Below the pieces are notes generated by a model. That model did not search any database and was not told where the DNA came from. It saw nothing but the letters and a program-made list of their open reading frames with translations. Of a stretch of DNA of 64,000 nucleotides, positions 1 to 10,600 are shown piece by piece; positions within the stretch are counted from its first letter, which is position 1; each line of letters begins with the position of its first letter. The DNA lies in NCBI GenBank assembly GCA_963674755.2, contig CAXXVS010000003.1, positions 864,001 to 928,000 on the forward strand. Reading direction: 5' to 3'. The position numbers and the translations under genes are program-made. This DNA is from Desulfobacterales bacterium. GTDB lineage: Bacteria > Desulfobacterota > Desulfobacteria > Desulfobacterales > UBA5852.

Positions 1-80
1 TATAGAAGACGGCAGCATGCTGTGTTATCGGTTCAACATTTCCATGCGCATCGGTTTTTAACCGCTTAAAGGGACGCACC

Positions 81-1568
81 ATGAAAGACCGCATTCGATT
101 TCGCCCACTGCAGGAGAAAGTCACCGATCCGGCGACGGCCTCGCAGCATATCCAAAACGGCACCAACCTGTTCGTTTCCGGTTTCACGGCCGGTTATCCC
201 AAACTGATCCCCCAGGCCCTGGTGCAGCGGGCGGCGGCCGGTGAAAAATTTAAAATCAATCTGTTCGCCGGCGCCTCCACCGGGGCTGCGGTGGACGGAA
301 TTCTTGCCGAGGCGGGCCTGGTGGCCTGGCGGCGTCCCTACATGAGCGACCGCACCATGCGCCGTCAGATCAATGCCGACGTCATCAAGTTCAAAGATGA
401 TCATCTTTCGCGGCTGGCCGGACAGGTGCGTGCCGGAGACTGGGGCAAGGCGGATGTGGCCGTGGTGGAGGCCGTTGCCGTGACCGAAAAAGGACATCTC
501 GTCCCCACCATGTCGGTGGGCAACACCCCGACCTATGTCCGGGAAGCTGAAAAGATCATCATCGAAATTTCATCGGAGCCCAGCGAACTGGAGGGGATTC
601 ACGACATTTTCATCCCGGAGGACCCCCCCTACCGGATGCCCATCCCGATCTACCGCACCGGCGACCGGATCGGGAAGCCCTTCATCGAAATGGACCCCAG
701 CCGGGTGGTGGCCATCCTTTTCAGCGATGCCGAGGACAGCTGCCCCATTTTCACGGCGCCGGACCCGGGGGCCCGGCAAATAGCCGCCCACATTCTGGAC
801 TTCGTACGGCATGAAATTCGCAAAGACCGGATGCCGCCGAATTTGCCCTGGCAATCCGGGGTGGGCGATGTGGCCAATGCCGTGCTGAGCGGGTTCATGG
901 AGGATGACTTCTACCGGGATCTGGATGTTTACTCGGAGGTGCTGCAGGACGCGGTCCTGGACCTGATCGACCTGGGCAAGGTGCGGGCGGCTTCGGGATC
1001 GTCCATGACCCTTTCCCAGCGGGCGCGCACCCGTTTTTTCAAAGAACTCTACCGCTACAAGGAGAAGATCGTCCTGCGGCCGGTGGAGATTTCCAACAGC
1101 CCCGAGGTGATCCGCCGCCTGGGGGTGATCGCCATCAACACCGCCATCGAAGTGGATATTTACGGTCACGTCAATTCCACCCACGTGACCGGCTCCCAGC
1201 TGATGAACGGCATCGGCGGCTCCGGCGATTTCCTGCGCAACGGGGCTCTGACCTTTATCGTGACCCCCAGCACGGCCAAAAATGGCCAGATTTCGGCCAT
1301 CGTTCCCATGGTGTCCCATGTGGACCACAGCGAGCACTCCGTGGATGTGGTGGTGACCGAGCAGGGCCTGGTGGATACGCGGCCGCTGACCCCCCGCCAG
1401 GTGGCCGAACAGGTCATCAAAACCTGCGCCCATCCGGATTACCGTGATCTGCTGTGGGACTACTACCAGCGCGCCATTCACACCCATGGCGGTCATGAGC
1501 CCCATCTGCTGGACGAGGCCTTCGATTTCCACAACCGGTATCTGGCGACGGGTTCCATGAAACCCTGA
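81..1568 (+). CDS. Acetyl-CoA hydrolase/transferase family protein (succinate CoA-transferase-like)
   Basis: 495 aa; SGFTAGYPK, QSGVGDVANAV, NTAIEVDIYGHVNS and NGIGGSGDF motifs. Confidence 0.9.
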   Translation: MKDRIRFRPLQEKVTDPATASQHIQNGTNLFVSGFTAGYPKLIPQALVQRAAAGEKFKINLFAGASTGAAVDGILAEAGLVAWRRPYMSDRTMRRQINADVIKFKDDHLSRLAGQVRAGDWGKADVAVVEAVAVTEKGHLVPTMSVGNTPTYVREAEKIIIEISSEPSELEGIHDIFIPEDPPYRMPIPIYRTGDRIGKPFIEMDPSRVVAILFSDAEDSCPIFTAPDPGARQIAAHILDFVRHEIRKDRMPPNLPWQSGVGDVANAVLSGFMEDDFYRDLDVYSEVLQDAVLDLIDLGKVRAASGSSMTLSQRARTRFFKELYRYKEKIVLRPVEISNSPEVIRRLGVIAINTAIEVDIYGHVNSTHVTGSQLMNGIGGSGDFLRNGALTFIVTPSTAKNGQISAIVPMVSHVDHSEHSVDVVVTEQGLVDTRPLTPRQVAEQVIKTCAHPDYRDLLWDYYQRAIHTHGGHEPHLLDEAFDFHNRYLATGSMKP

Positions 1569-1689
1569 CGGCTAAGGAAAACGCCCAATATTTGCGTTGT
1601 GCTGCATACCTCGTCACTGCAGCGTACTGGCGTACGCTTCATTCCTCGGCATTCGCACGCCTTGATCTTGGACGTTTTCCTTAGCCGTC
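1567..1689. repeat. Palindromic dispersed repeat family A, copy 1 (MITE/REP-like)
   Basis: 22-bp terminal inverted repeats GACGGCTAAGGAAAACGCCCAA / TTGGACGTTTTCCTTAGCCGTC (1 mismatch); core TCGTCACTGC-GCGTAC..GTACGC shared with copies at 27140 and 35268. Confidence 0.85.
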
Positions 1690-1862
1690 CTTTTACGTGA
1701 CAAGTGTGCTTCCTTTCCTACCAGGACAGTTTTTACTGAATCATATCGACACATATCGTTACGGTGGGATATTTGGATGTGAATGCATTTGTTTGGGGGG
1801 GAGTACAACGAAGCATCCCGGCCGGAGGGATATTGATGCGGATCGGCGGTGTCGAAAGTGAG

Positions 1863-4523
1863 TTACGACGTCGGGTCGTCGAGGATGCTGCGGATCTTCT
1901 GGGAGAGGGCGTCCAGGGTGAAGGGTTTTTGAATGAACCCGTTGCAGCCGCGCTTGAGAATTTCGGCCGCCTGGCCGTCGATGCTGTAGCCGCTGGACAA
2001 AAGGGCTTTGAGTTCCGGATCGATCGTCTTGAGACGCTCGAAAAGGTCGCGCCCGCTCATGGCCGGCATGATCATGTCGAGAATCACCATGGCAATGGTG
2101 CCTGCCTCGCGGCGGTAGATATCGATGGCGTCCTGCCCCGTGCGGGCGGTCAGCACCCTGTAGCCCAGCCGCTCCAGCATCTGGGTGCCGACGTTTAAGA
2201 TCATCTCTTCGTCGTCCACCAGCAAAAGGGTTTCATTGCCGCTGACGCGTTCCACGGCCGGGCGGGGCTTTTCAATGGCCGGCCGGTCGGAGGCCGGCAG
2301 ATAAATCATGAAGGTGGTGCCCCGGCCCCGATCGCTTTCCACTTCGATGATGCCCTGGTGGTTGGTGATGATGCCGTAGGCCGAGGCCAGCCCCAATCCC
2401 GTGCCGGTGCCCACTTCCTTGGTCGTAAAGAAAGGATCGAAGATGCGCTGTTGGGTTTCGGCGTCCATGCCGATGCCGGTGTCCGCAACGAGGATCCGGA
2501 CATAAGGACCCTGTGCCAGATCGTAAGCGCTGACTTTTTCGGCGGACAGGACGGTTTGGCCGGTTGTAATGGTCAGGGTACCGCCCTGGGGCATGGCCTG
2601 CCAGGCATTGACGAACAGGTTCAGCAGGACCTGCTCCATCTGCCCCTCGTCGGCTTCCACCGTGCACGGCGTGCGGTGCAATTCGGTGCGGATGATGATT
2701 TCCTTCTTGGTACGCCCGAAAAGTTCCACGGTCCTTTCCACGAGTTGGTTGATATCGACCGGCCGGATCTCGTACTTGCCCTCCCGGGCGAATCCCAGCA
2801 GACGATTGGTCAAGGCCACCGCGCGGCTCAGATAGCCCTCGATTTCCCGGAGTTTGCCGGCCAGCGGATCCTGGGCGGCCAGCTCGTCCAGCATGAGGCC
2901 CACGCTGCCCTGGATACCCATCAGCAGGTTGTTGAAGTCGTGCGCGACGCCGCCCGCCAGTGTGCCGACGGCCTCCAGGCGCTGGGCCCGCTGGAGCTGG
3001 GCTTCGGTGCGCCGGCGTTCTTCCTGCAAACGCTTTACTTCGGTGATGTCGGTGGCCATTTCCAGCATCACGTAGCGGCCATCGGACCATTTGATGGCCC
3101 GATCATAGTTGATGAACCATTTTCCGGTGGCGGGATTCCGGGATTCATAGGCGATGGTGCCGCTGGGGCGGCCCTCGGCGTCGAGCAGCTCTTCGAGGCG
3201 GCAGTCGTGGCAGGGGCTATCCAGGCCGCGCAGCGCCTGCCAGCATGTCTTCCCGATGAGATTTTCGCCGTATTGTTCGCGCATATAGCGATTGCAGAAG
3301 AGAATCTCCCGGGTCGCGAAATCCGTCACATGGATGACCGCATCGATCCCGTCCAGGACGGTCAGGAGGGTTTGGTGGGATTCCCGCAGGGCCGCCTCGG
3401 CCCGTAGCCGGTTGGTGATATCCCGGGCCAGCACCAGGACCGCTTGGTCTTCTTTCAACTCGATGATGCCGAGGCGCATCTCCACCGGCAGGGAGGTGCC
3501 GTCCCGGCACAGAAGGTCGGTTTGGCGGGTCAACTGCTTGTGCCCGCGCAATTCGTCCATGCCGGCCGCAAAAGCCTGCCCGCCATAGTGGGAATCCACG
3601 TCCGGGAAACTCAGGCCCAGCAGCGTTTCCCGATCGTAGCCCAGAGCGGTGCAGGCCTGGCGGTTGACATCGATAAACCGGCCGGCCAGGTCGTGTACGA
3701 AAATGGCATCGGCGGCCTGGTTGATCAGGGCGCGAAAGCGCTCCTCGCTTTGGCGCAGGGCGATTTCCACTTCACGGCGTTCGCTGATCTCGCTTTCCAG
3801 GTGACGATTGGCCTCTTCCAGGGAATTCTGGCGTGTGCGAACCTGATTGGCCATGGAACGGAATTTAGACGCGATGGTTTGCATTTCCCGTTGCTTGAAA
3901 GGGGGGAAGGCATGCGAATAGTCGCCTTCGGAAAGCTTTTCGATGCCCTGGATCAGCAGATTGATGGGGTGTCGTAAATAGCGGCGGACGAACAGGCTGG
4001 TAATGATGGTGAGAACGAAAATAATCAGCAGGGTGTTGCGCAGGTTGGACCACAGCAGGGTATGAAGACGCTTTTCATAGGGCCCCGGCGTCAATCCCAC
4101 CTTGACCGTGCCGATCACCCGCTGGTTGAACACGATCGGGCGCTCCATGACGAGCAGGTGGCCCAGCCCCGTTTCATGGGCTTCGAAGAGCACTTGCTGA
4201 TTGGTGGTGTCCTTGACGCGCAGCAGGGCCACCAGGTCGCCCCGCATGAAGGAGTCGGCGATGCGGCGAACGCCCTCCTCGTCCATGGACCAGACGGGCA
4301 GGGCCAGGCTGTCCACGAGGTAGGAGACGTATTCCTCCGCCTTTTCCTGCATCTCGGTGCGGGCGGTGCGGGAGAAATACCAGTAGGTCAACCCATAGAG
4401 CAGGGCCGAAGGCACCAGCACGGCCAGCACCAGGCTGATCGTCAGATCCCGGGTGATCGTACGCGGCATCCATTCTTCGGTTCGCCGGTCTTTAACAGGG
4501 CGCTGGCGTATGTCGTCTTTCAT
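1863..4523 (-). CDS. Hybrid sensor histidine kinase (2 TM, HAMP, PAS x2, HisKA, HATPase, receiver)
   Basis: H-box GGVAHDFNNLL, N-box NLFVNAWQAM, DTGIGM, FDPFFTTK, GTGLGL; receiver LLVDDE..LDMIMP..KPF; true start may be slightly downstream. Confidence 0.93.
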   Translation of the reverse strand: MKDDIRQRPVKDRRTEEWMPRTITRDLTISLVLAVLVPSALLYGLTYWYFSRTARTEMQEKAEEYVSYLVDSLALPVWSMDEEGVRRIADSFMRGDLVALLRVKDTTNQQVLFEAHETGLGHLLVMERPIVFNQRVIGTVKVGLTPGPYEKRLHTLLWSNLRNTLLIIFVLTIITSLFVRRYLRHPINLLIQGIEKLSEGDYSHAFPPFKQREMQTIASKFRSMANQVRTRQNSLEEANRHLESEISERREVEIALRQSEERFRALINQAADAIFVHDLAGRFIDVNRQACTALGYDRETLLGLSFPDVDSHYGGQAFAAGMDELRGHKQLTRQTDLLCRDGTSLPVEMRLGIIELKEDQAVLVLARDITNRLRAEAALRESHQTLLTVLDGIDAVIHVTDFATREILFCNRYMREQYGENLIGKTCWQALRGLDSPCHDCRLEELLDAEGRPSGTIAYESRNPATGKWFINYDRAIKWSDGRYVMLEMATDITEVKRLQEERRRTEAQLQRAQRLEAVGTLAGGVAHDFNNLLMGIQGSVGLMLDELAAQDPLAGKLREIEGYLSRAVALTNRLLGFAREGKYEIRPVDINQLVERTVELFGRTKKEIIIRTELHRTPCTVEADEGQMEQVLLNLFVNAWQAMPQGGTLTITTGQTVLSAEKVSAYDLAQGPYVRILVADTGIGMDAETQQRIFDPFFTTKEVGTGTGLGLASAYGIITNHQGIIEVESDRGRGTTFMIYLPASDRPAIEKPRPAVERVSGNETLLLVDDEEMILNVGTQMLERLGYRVLTARTGQDAIDIYRREAGTIAMVILDMIMPAMSGRDLFERLKTIDPELKALLSSGYSIDGQAAEILKRGCNGFIQKPFTLDALSQKIRSILDDPTS

Positions 4524-4761
4524 GACCGTTCATGTCCCGACAAGTCGATTCGACCGGGAGAGTTGCCACGGATGGAAAGCGATCCAACGCCGCTTGGGCA
4601 AAACCGACCGGCTATAGGATCAATTATCATAAAGCGTTCAAGGGTTCAATTCGCCTTCATTTTTTGAAAGGCGGTATTTAATTCCATGTTGATTTATGGT
4701 TATATGCCCGAAAATCCCCAGGGTAACCGAATACCGCCCGATTTGGGTTGAGGATCTGCGC

Positions 4762-5442
4762 ATGACGACCAAATGCAATAAGCGCCCAGACGCAGCCGCC
4801 TTTTTTGATTTCGACCAGACGTTGCTGGAGGTCGAAAGCGGGCATATGGGCATTCGCATGCTCCGGGAGCGGGGGATGCTGCCGCTGGGGTATTTTCTCA
4901 AGGTGGGGATCGCCAATCTCTTCTATCGGCGGCAGTGGCTGTCCGAAGCGGGAATGGCCCGCATCCTGCTGACGTACTACCGGCGCCGCCGCCTGGCGAC
5001 CTTCGAGGCCACGGCCGAGTCGTTTTACCGGACTTATCTGAAACCCCATCTGGCCCCCCGCCTGCTGGCGCGGCTGGAAGACCATCGGCGGGACGGGCAT
5101 CTGCTGGTATTGATATCGGGTTCGGTGCGCTACATGCTGGAACCGGTGGTGCGCGACCTGAGGTTTCAGCACCTGTTCTGCACCGAGTTGGAGATCGGCC
5201 GGAACGGTCTGATGACGGGCCGCCCCCGGGGTCCGATCTGTGTGGACCGCACCAAACAGGTTTACGCCCGGCAATTGGCGGCGGAAACCGGTATCGATCT
5301 TGGGGCGTCCTTTGCCTACGGCAATCATCAGGCCGATCTGCCCCTATTGGAATCGGTGGGCCATCCCCACGTGGTGGAACCGACCCCGGTCCTGGCGCGC
5401 GTTGCGGCCCGGCGGGACTGGCCGGTACTGACCTTCCGATAG
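4762..5442 (+). CDS. HAD-IB family hydrolase (SerB-like)
   Basis: FFDFDQTL motif I, ISGS motif II, AYGNHQADLPLL motif IV; start chosen at ATG 4762. Confidence 0.85.
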   Translation: MTTKCNKRPDAAAFFDFDQTLLEVESGHMGIRMLRERGMLPLGYFLKVGIANLFYRRQWLSEAGMARILLTYYRRRRLATFEATAESFYRTYLKPHLAPRLLARLEDHRRDGHLLVLISGSVRYMLEPVVRDLRFQHLFCTELEIGRNGLMTGRPRGPICVDRTKQVYARQLAAETGIDLGASFAYGNHQADLPLLESVGHPHVVEPTPVLARVAARRDWPVLTFR

Positions 5443-5566
5443 CGTAAGCGGGTGGACGGCACCGGTCGCATCCAGATCCCGACCGTATGCGAGGCTGCCC
5501 TGCATGGGCATGTTCTCTTCATTTATCATGCTGTAATCGTTCACAACTTCATCAAAGGAGGCCCAC

Positions 5567-6004
5567 TTGAAAACCAAACCCGCCTGGATCGTTGTTTTGC
5601 TGCTTCTGCTGACGCTGCCGGTTCTGACCGCCTGCGGCAAGGATAAATATGCCGACGCCCGGGAGATTATGGCGGCGCATGCCGATGTGATGGAGGCCTA
5701 CATCACCGGATTGGAAGAGGCCGCCAGCCCGACGGATTGCGCGGCTGTGATCGATGCCTACACAGCCGGCATGGAGAAACTGATCCCGCGCTTAAAGACC
5801 TTTCGGGAGACCTATCCGGACCTGGCCCGGGAAGGAAGCCAGGATGAAATGCCGCCGGAAATCGCCCAGGAGGCCAAACGCCTTGAAGAGCTGGGCCTCC
5901 GTATGCCCGCCGCCACCATGAACATGATGAAATATATGGCCGATCCCCAGGTCCAGGCCGCGATGGAGCGCATGAGCCAGGCCATGGAAAAGATGGGCAA
6001 TTAG
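5567..6004 (+). CDS. Hypothetical lipoprotein
   Basis: AAAGGAGG RBS before TTG start; signal peptide with lipobox LTAC. Confidence 0.75.
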   Translation: MKTKPAWIVVLLLLLTLPVLTACGKDKYADAREIMAAHADVMEAYITGLEEAASPTDCAAVIDAYTAGMEKLIPRLKTFRETYPDLAREGSQDEMPPEIAQEAKRLEELGLRMPAATMNMMKYMADPQVQAAMERMSQAMEKMGN

Positions 6005-6224
6005 GCGATTACGAATCGGGGACTTCGCAATCAGGCATACGGCTTTGTAAGACCGGACGGACGTACAAGGAAACCGGTGCTATTGTCGGCGTTCATCTTA
6101 CCAACAGGGCAATATGCCGGTGATGGAATGCGAAACGGTTTTGCTTCGAGAAACGTCCACAGGATCGCCGCGCTACCAATCGAGACGAGCCTGTGAATCC
6201 AGGGGCTATCCATGAAGTGGTTTT

Positions 6225-7637
6225 TTACCCGGTCTTTGACATTCTGCGGATCGAAATCATGGCAATGTCATCGGTCAGATCGCTGCCTTTCAGATGCCTG
6301 AAGACATCTTCGAGTATGGCCTTGATCAAGGGCTTGCCGGGCATCGTGAGATGTTCGATTGACGCATGGATACCGGTTCGGCAGAAACGGTCGCCGCTAT
6401 CGGGGCTGGCATCCGTTACCCCATCCGTAAAACCGAGGAGGGTTTGGCCTTGGTCGAGGCGTGCGGTTCCGGACGTAAAGCGGGCCTCGGACGATATGCC
6501 AATCGCGGGTCCTGTCGGAAGCAATTCGCGCAATACGGTGTTGTCCTTGACGATCATCAGGGGTTCATGGCCGGCATTGACGTATTCCAGTTGGCCGTCA
6601 AATACATTGAGGATGCCGAAAAAGAGCGTTGCGAAAATCCCCTCCTTGCCATGGTGTTTCTCGATGTAATTGTTCAGAAACGACAACGCCCCTTGCGTTC
6701 TGTCCGATAGCGAACCGGGTTTCGCCCTGATCCCCAAAGGTGGGTGCGCCCGGTCTCCACATTCAAAAACGCTTTCCAGGTAGGCGTGGATCAGGCTCCT
6801 GAAAATTCCCATGAAGAGGGCTGCACTGACCCCTTTGTCGCACACGTCGGCAATGATGATGGCCAGATGGGCTTCGTCAATAGGGAAGACATCGTAGAAG
6901 TCCCCGGAGACCTGCTTGGCCGGATAAAAACACGCATCGATCTGCCACCCGGGGATATCCGGCATCTTCTCGGGCAGAAAGGTCCGTTGCATGTGTCGCC
7001 CCTTTTCCAGCTCGGCGCTAAGGGCATTGGAATAGGTCTCGATTTTATCGTTGGCGCTTTCAAGGGCGTGGAAGGCTTCATTTAGGCGTTGATACAGCTT
7101 GGCGTTCTCCAGCACGATGGCGACGTGCACGGCCGTGGCTTTCAATAATTCGGCGGTCGTCGTGTTGAACCGGTGGGGTTCGGAGTGCACCAGAGAAAGA
7201 AGGCCAAACAGGTTGTCTCCTTTCAGGATGGGCGTTACAACGGCTGATCGGGCGGTGTAGGGCTGATCGGAAAGCTGCAGCCAGCGCTCATCCTCCCGCG
7301 TGTCGGCAATCAGTCCCACCTCCCGGTGGCTGACCACCCAGCCGGCCAGGCCCTTGTCCAGGACGGTTCCGACAAGCCGGGCGCTGTCTGCCGGCGATGG
7401 CATTTCACGCATCATGATGCGATCCGTCACCACGCCGTCGCGATCGATCAGAAACAGGCTCCCCTTTTCCGCACCGGTAATCTCCGCCGCCAGATCCACT
7501 GTTTTTTGCAGGGTCGTTTGGAGCATCCCCTCCTCATCGGAGGACCGCGCAAGGTTGATAAAGTGCTGCAGCAGGCGGGTCTGGATCTTGAGCGCGATTT
7601 TTTCGCTGTTGTCATCCATGGGTGTCCGTCGCTTCAT
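6225..7637 (-). CDS. GAF-domain SpoIIE/RsbU-type PP2C phosphatase
   Basis: N-terminal GAF; VSGDFYD, IADVCDKG, FTDGVTD and DDIAM motifs. Confidence 0.9.
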   Translation of the reverse strand: MKRRTPMDDNSEKIALKIQTRLLQHFINLARSSDEEGMLQTTLQKTVDLAAEITGAEKGSLFLIDRDGVVTDRIMMREMPSPADSARLVGTVLDKGLAGWVVSHREVGLIADTREDERWLQLSDQPYTARSAVVTPILKGDNLFGLLSLVHSEPHRFNTTTAELLKATAVHVAIVLENAKLYQRLNEAFHALESANDKIETYSNALSAELEKGRHMQRTFLPEKMPDIPGWQIDACFYPAKQVSGDFYDVFPIDEAHLAIIIADVCDKGVSAALFMGIFRSLIHAYLESVFECGDRAHPPLGIRAKPGSLSDRTQGALSFLNNYIEKHHGKEGIFATLFFGILNVFDGQLEYVNAGHEPLMIVKDNTVLRELLPTGPAIGISSEARFTSGTARLDQGQTLLGFTDGVTDASPDSGDRFCRTGIHASIEHLTMPGKPLIKAILEDVFRHLKGSDLTDDIAMISIRRMSKTG

Positions 7638-7672
7638 TCCGCCGGTTTGGCGAGGAAGGATGCCGCCGGGAT

Positions 7673-10600
7673 TTAAGCTATCTCATCCAGCAGGCCTTTG
7701 GCCGCCTTACCGTCGGGGGTATCAAATCCTTCGGTGAGCCGGTTGTAGACGCCAAACAGCAGCCGGCGAGCATCATCGCGCTTTCCCTGCTGCTGCCAGA
7801 GGCGGCATAAATGGGTAGCCGCCCGGAGTTCCAGCGCGATCGAATGTTGACTACGCGCCACCGTTAGGGCTTGCTGGAAACTGTCCTCGGCCCGACTGGC
7901 ATCCGGAGCAGGCTGCCGGAGAAGAAAAGAACCTTTGAGCCGGTAGAGTTCGGCCTCCCACCAACGCTCGCCAATACGCTCGGCTGCCGCAAAAGCCTCT
8001 GAAATGATGTGCAGCCCCTGTCCGGTCTGCCCGCCTTTGCCATATACTTCGGCCAACAGACCTTGATAATAGGGCATCGATCGCTTGGCGTCGGTCTCTT
8101 GCAGCAAGTGCAGACCATTCTGAATCACGGCCGCCCCTTTATCGCAATCGCCCTGTTCGGCAATGGCCCAACCCCTGATGATCATGGCCCATCCCAAGTA
8201 GTAGGCAAACTTCTTTTCCCGGCAGATGATGATCGCTGCTTCCGCCCGTTGAAGCGCCGCCTTGGGTTCCCGGCGAAATTGATGGAATATCGCCGCATAG
8301 TTCAACGCCAGCGCCATGCTGAAGGGATGGGCCAGTTCTTCCGCCAGGATAAGCGCTTCCCGGCTCCTTGTAAGCGCCCGATCCGGATAGCCGGTATGCC
8401 ACAGGGCTTGGGATGCCCAGGCGGCGCAAAATACGCCAAGATCGACCAGCGAGGTATCGGAACGGTGTTTGGGGGGGGGGTAAAGCGCCGCGCCCTTCTC
8501 CAGGTGCTCACTTGCCGGAACGAACTCGGCCATGCAAAACAGCGTTCCGCCTAATGTGAGGTGCGATTGGATGCGGTAAAAGACGTCCGAAGCCCCCTGT
8601 GCCAGTTCGCGGAGCTCCTTGCCCACTTTCAGGGCTTCCGGGTGGTTGGCGCGCACCAGATAAAAGCCCCACAACCCCCAGAGCGTCTGAGAGAGCTGCT
8701 CGGTTTCCCCCAGCTGCCGGCACAACACCCGTGCGCGCAAATAGATGTGCTCCACTTCCCGGGCGGCATATCCCTTGATGGCGATAAGCGACGGGCCGAT
8801 CGCAAGCAGCATCTCGAGTTCGTCTTCGGTGCCTTGGGCGGTCTCCGGTAAGGTCGCCAGGTTTTCCAGGGCCTTTGTCAGATGGGCGATCGCTTCCACA
8901 TGGGCCGATCGCTGTTGCGCCCGGCGGCCCGCCTGGTGCCAGTAGGGGATCGCCTGCTCGGGGCAGTCCGCTTCGGAATAATGGTGGGCGACGATTTCGG
9001 GCTCGGTCTGCACAAGCTCCGGAAATTGTCTTTCCATGAGTTCCGCCGCCGCCCGGTGGTGCACTCGCCGATTCCTTCGCAGCAAGGATCGATAGGCCGC
9101 CTCATGCACCAGGGCGTGTTTGAAGACATATGTCGACCGTGGCGGCCGGCCCCGCTGATACAGCAGTTCGTTCGCAACCAGCCGGCCCAGGCATTCCAGC
9201 AGCATGGGCTCATCCACAGTTGCCAGCGCGCGCAGCATTTCATAGGTAAATTCACGGCCCAGCACGGCGCCCAACTGGGCGATCTCCCTTGCGATCGGCA
9301 CGCGATCGAGCCGCGCCATGAGCGAGTCATGCAAGGTGGCCGGTATGGCCACGCCGGACAACGGCCCTGTGAGCACATAACGGTCCGTGCTTTTCTGAAG
9401 CAGCGAAGATTCCAGGACGGTTTTGGTCAACTCTTCGACGTATAAAGGGACGCCGTCCGCTTTTATGACGATATGGTCGAGGACCTCAGGGGGGAGTTGC
9501 CGGTCGCCTGCCATGTGCCGTATCAAGGCACCGACCTGCTTCTTCTCCAGCCGGTTGATAACAATCGGCGTCATGTGGGAGCGCGGCGCCCAGGGAGAAA
9601 CAAAATCCAGACGGAAGGTCATCACATGCAGCATGTTCACCGTCGGGGCCTGGTCCACGAACAATTCCAACAACTCCAAGGTTGAAGCATCGGCCCAGTG
9701 CAGATCCTCCCAGACCACCAGCGCGGGTTGCCGTTCGGCTTCCTCCTGCAGCCATGCGACCAGGAGATCCTGCGTTTGCTGGCGCAGGTGTTGCGGGCGG
9801 TCGGGGTATTGGTCTTCAGGCAGGGCGACCGACAAGAGCGCGGCCAGGATCGGCACCGCCTCCTGCATCGGCAGGCGGGAGGTTTGCAGGACGCGCTCCA
9901 TTTTGCCCACCTTCATATCGGCGGTGTCGTCCCGGGTGAACCCGAACACCTGCTCAATGTGGGTGATCACCGGGTACAGTGCGCTATGGCGATGATAGGG
10001 CGAACAGCGGAACGTCATACGAGCGCCTTTTTCCGCTGACAGCTGGGCGCAGAGCCCCTCAACCAGAACAGATTTGCCGATACCGGCTTCACCCGAGATG
10101 AGCACCACCTGTCCTGCACCTGCTTTGCTTTGCTCCCAGCGGCGCATTAACAAACCGAGCTCCTCGTCGCGGCCTACAAGGAAAGGGGCTTTGTCGGAAG
10201 GGGTGTGATCCTTGACCGCATACCCTTTGACGGCGCCCCGTACCTGGGAAACCCTCATCGGTTTGGCCACCCCCTTGAGGACATGCGACCCCAGATCTTC
10301 CAGGACGAACGCCTCCTCGACCAAGTGGGCGGTTGTTTCACTGATCACCACCGTATTGGGTGTGGCAATCCCCTGGATACGTGCCGCAATGTTGACGGTT
10401 TCCCCGGTCGCCAGTTGTTCGCATCGATCCGGGTTGCACATCTCACCGACGACCACCGATCCCGTATGGATCCCGATGCGGACGGCCAGCCGAATGCCTT
10501 TTTCCGCCGCCAAGCGCGTATTGAGGGTTGCCGATATGGCATCGATAATTCCCAGGCCGGTGTGCACGGCACGTTGGGCATCATCCTCGTGGGCCTGGGG

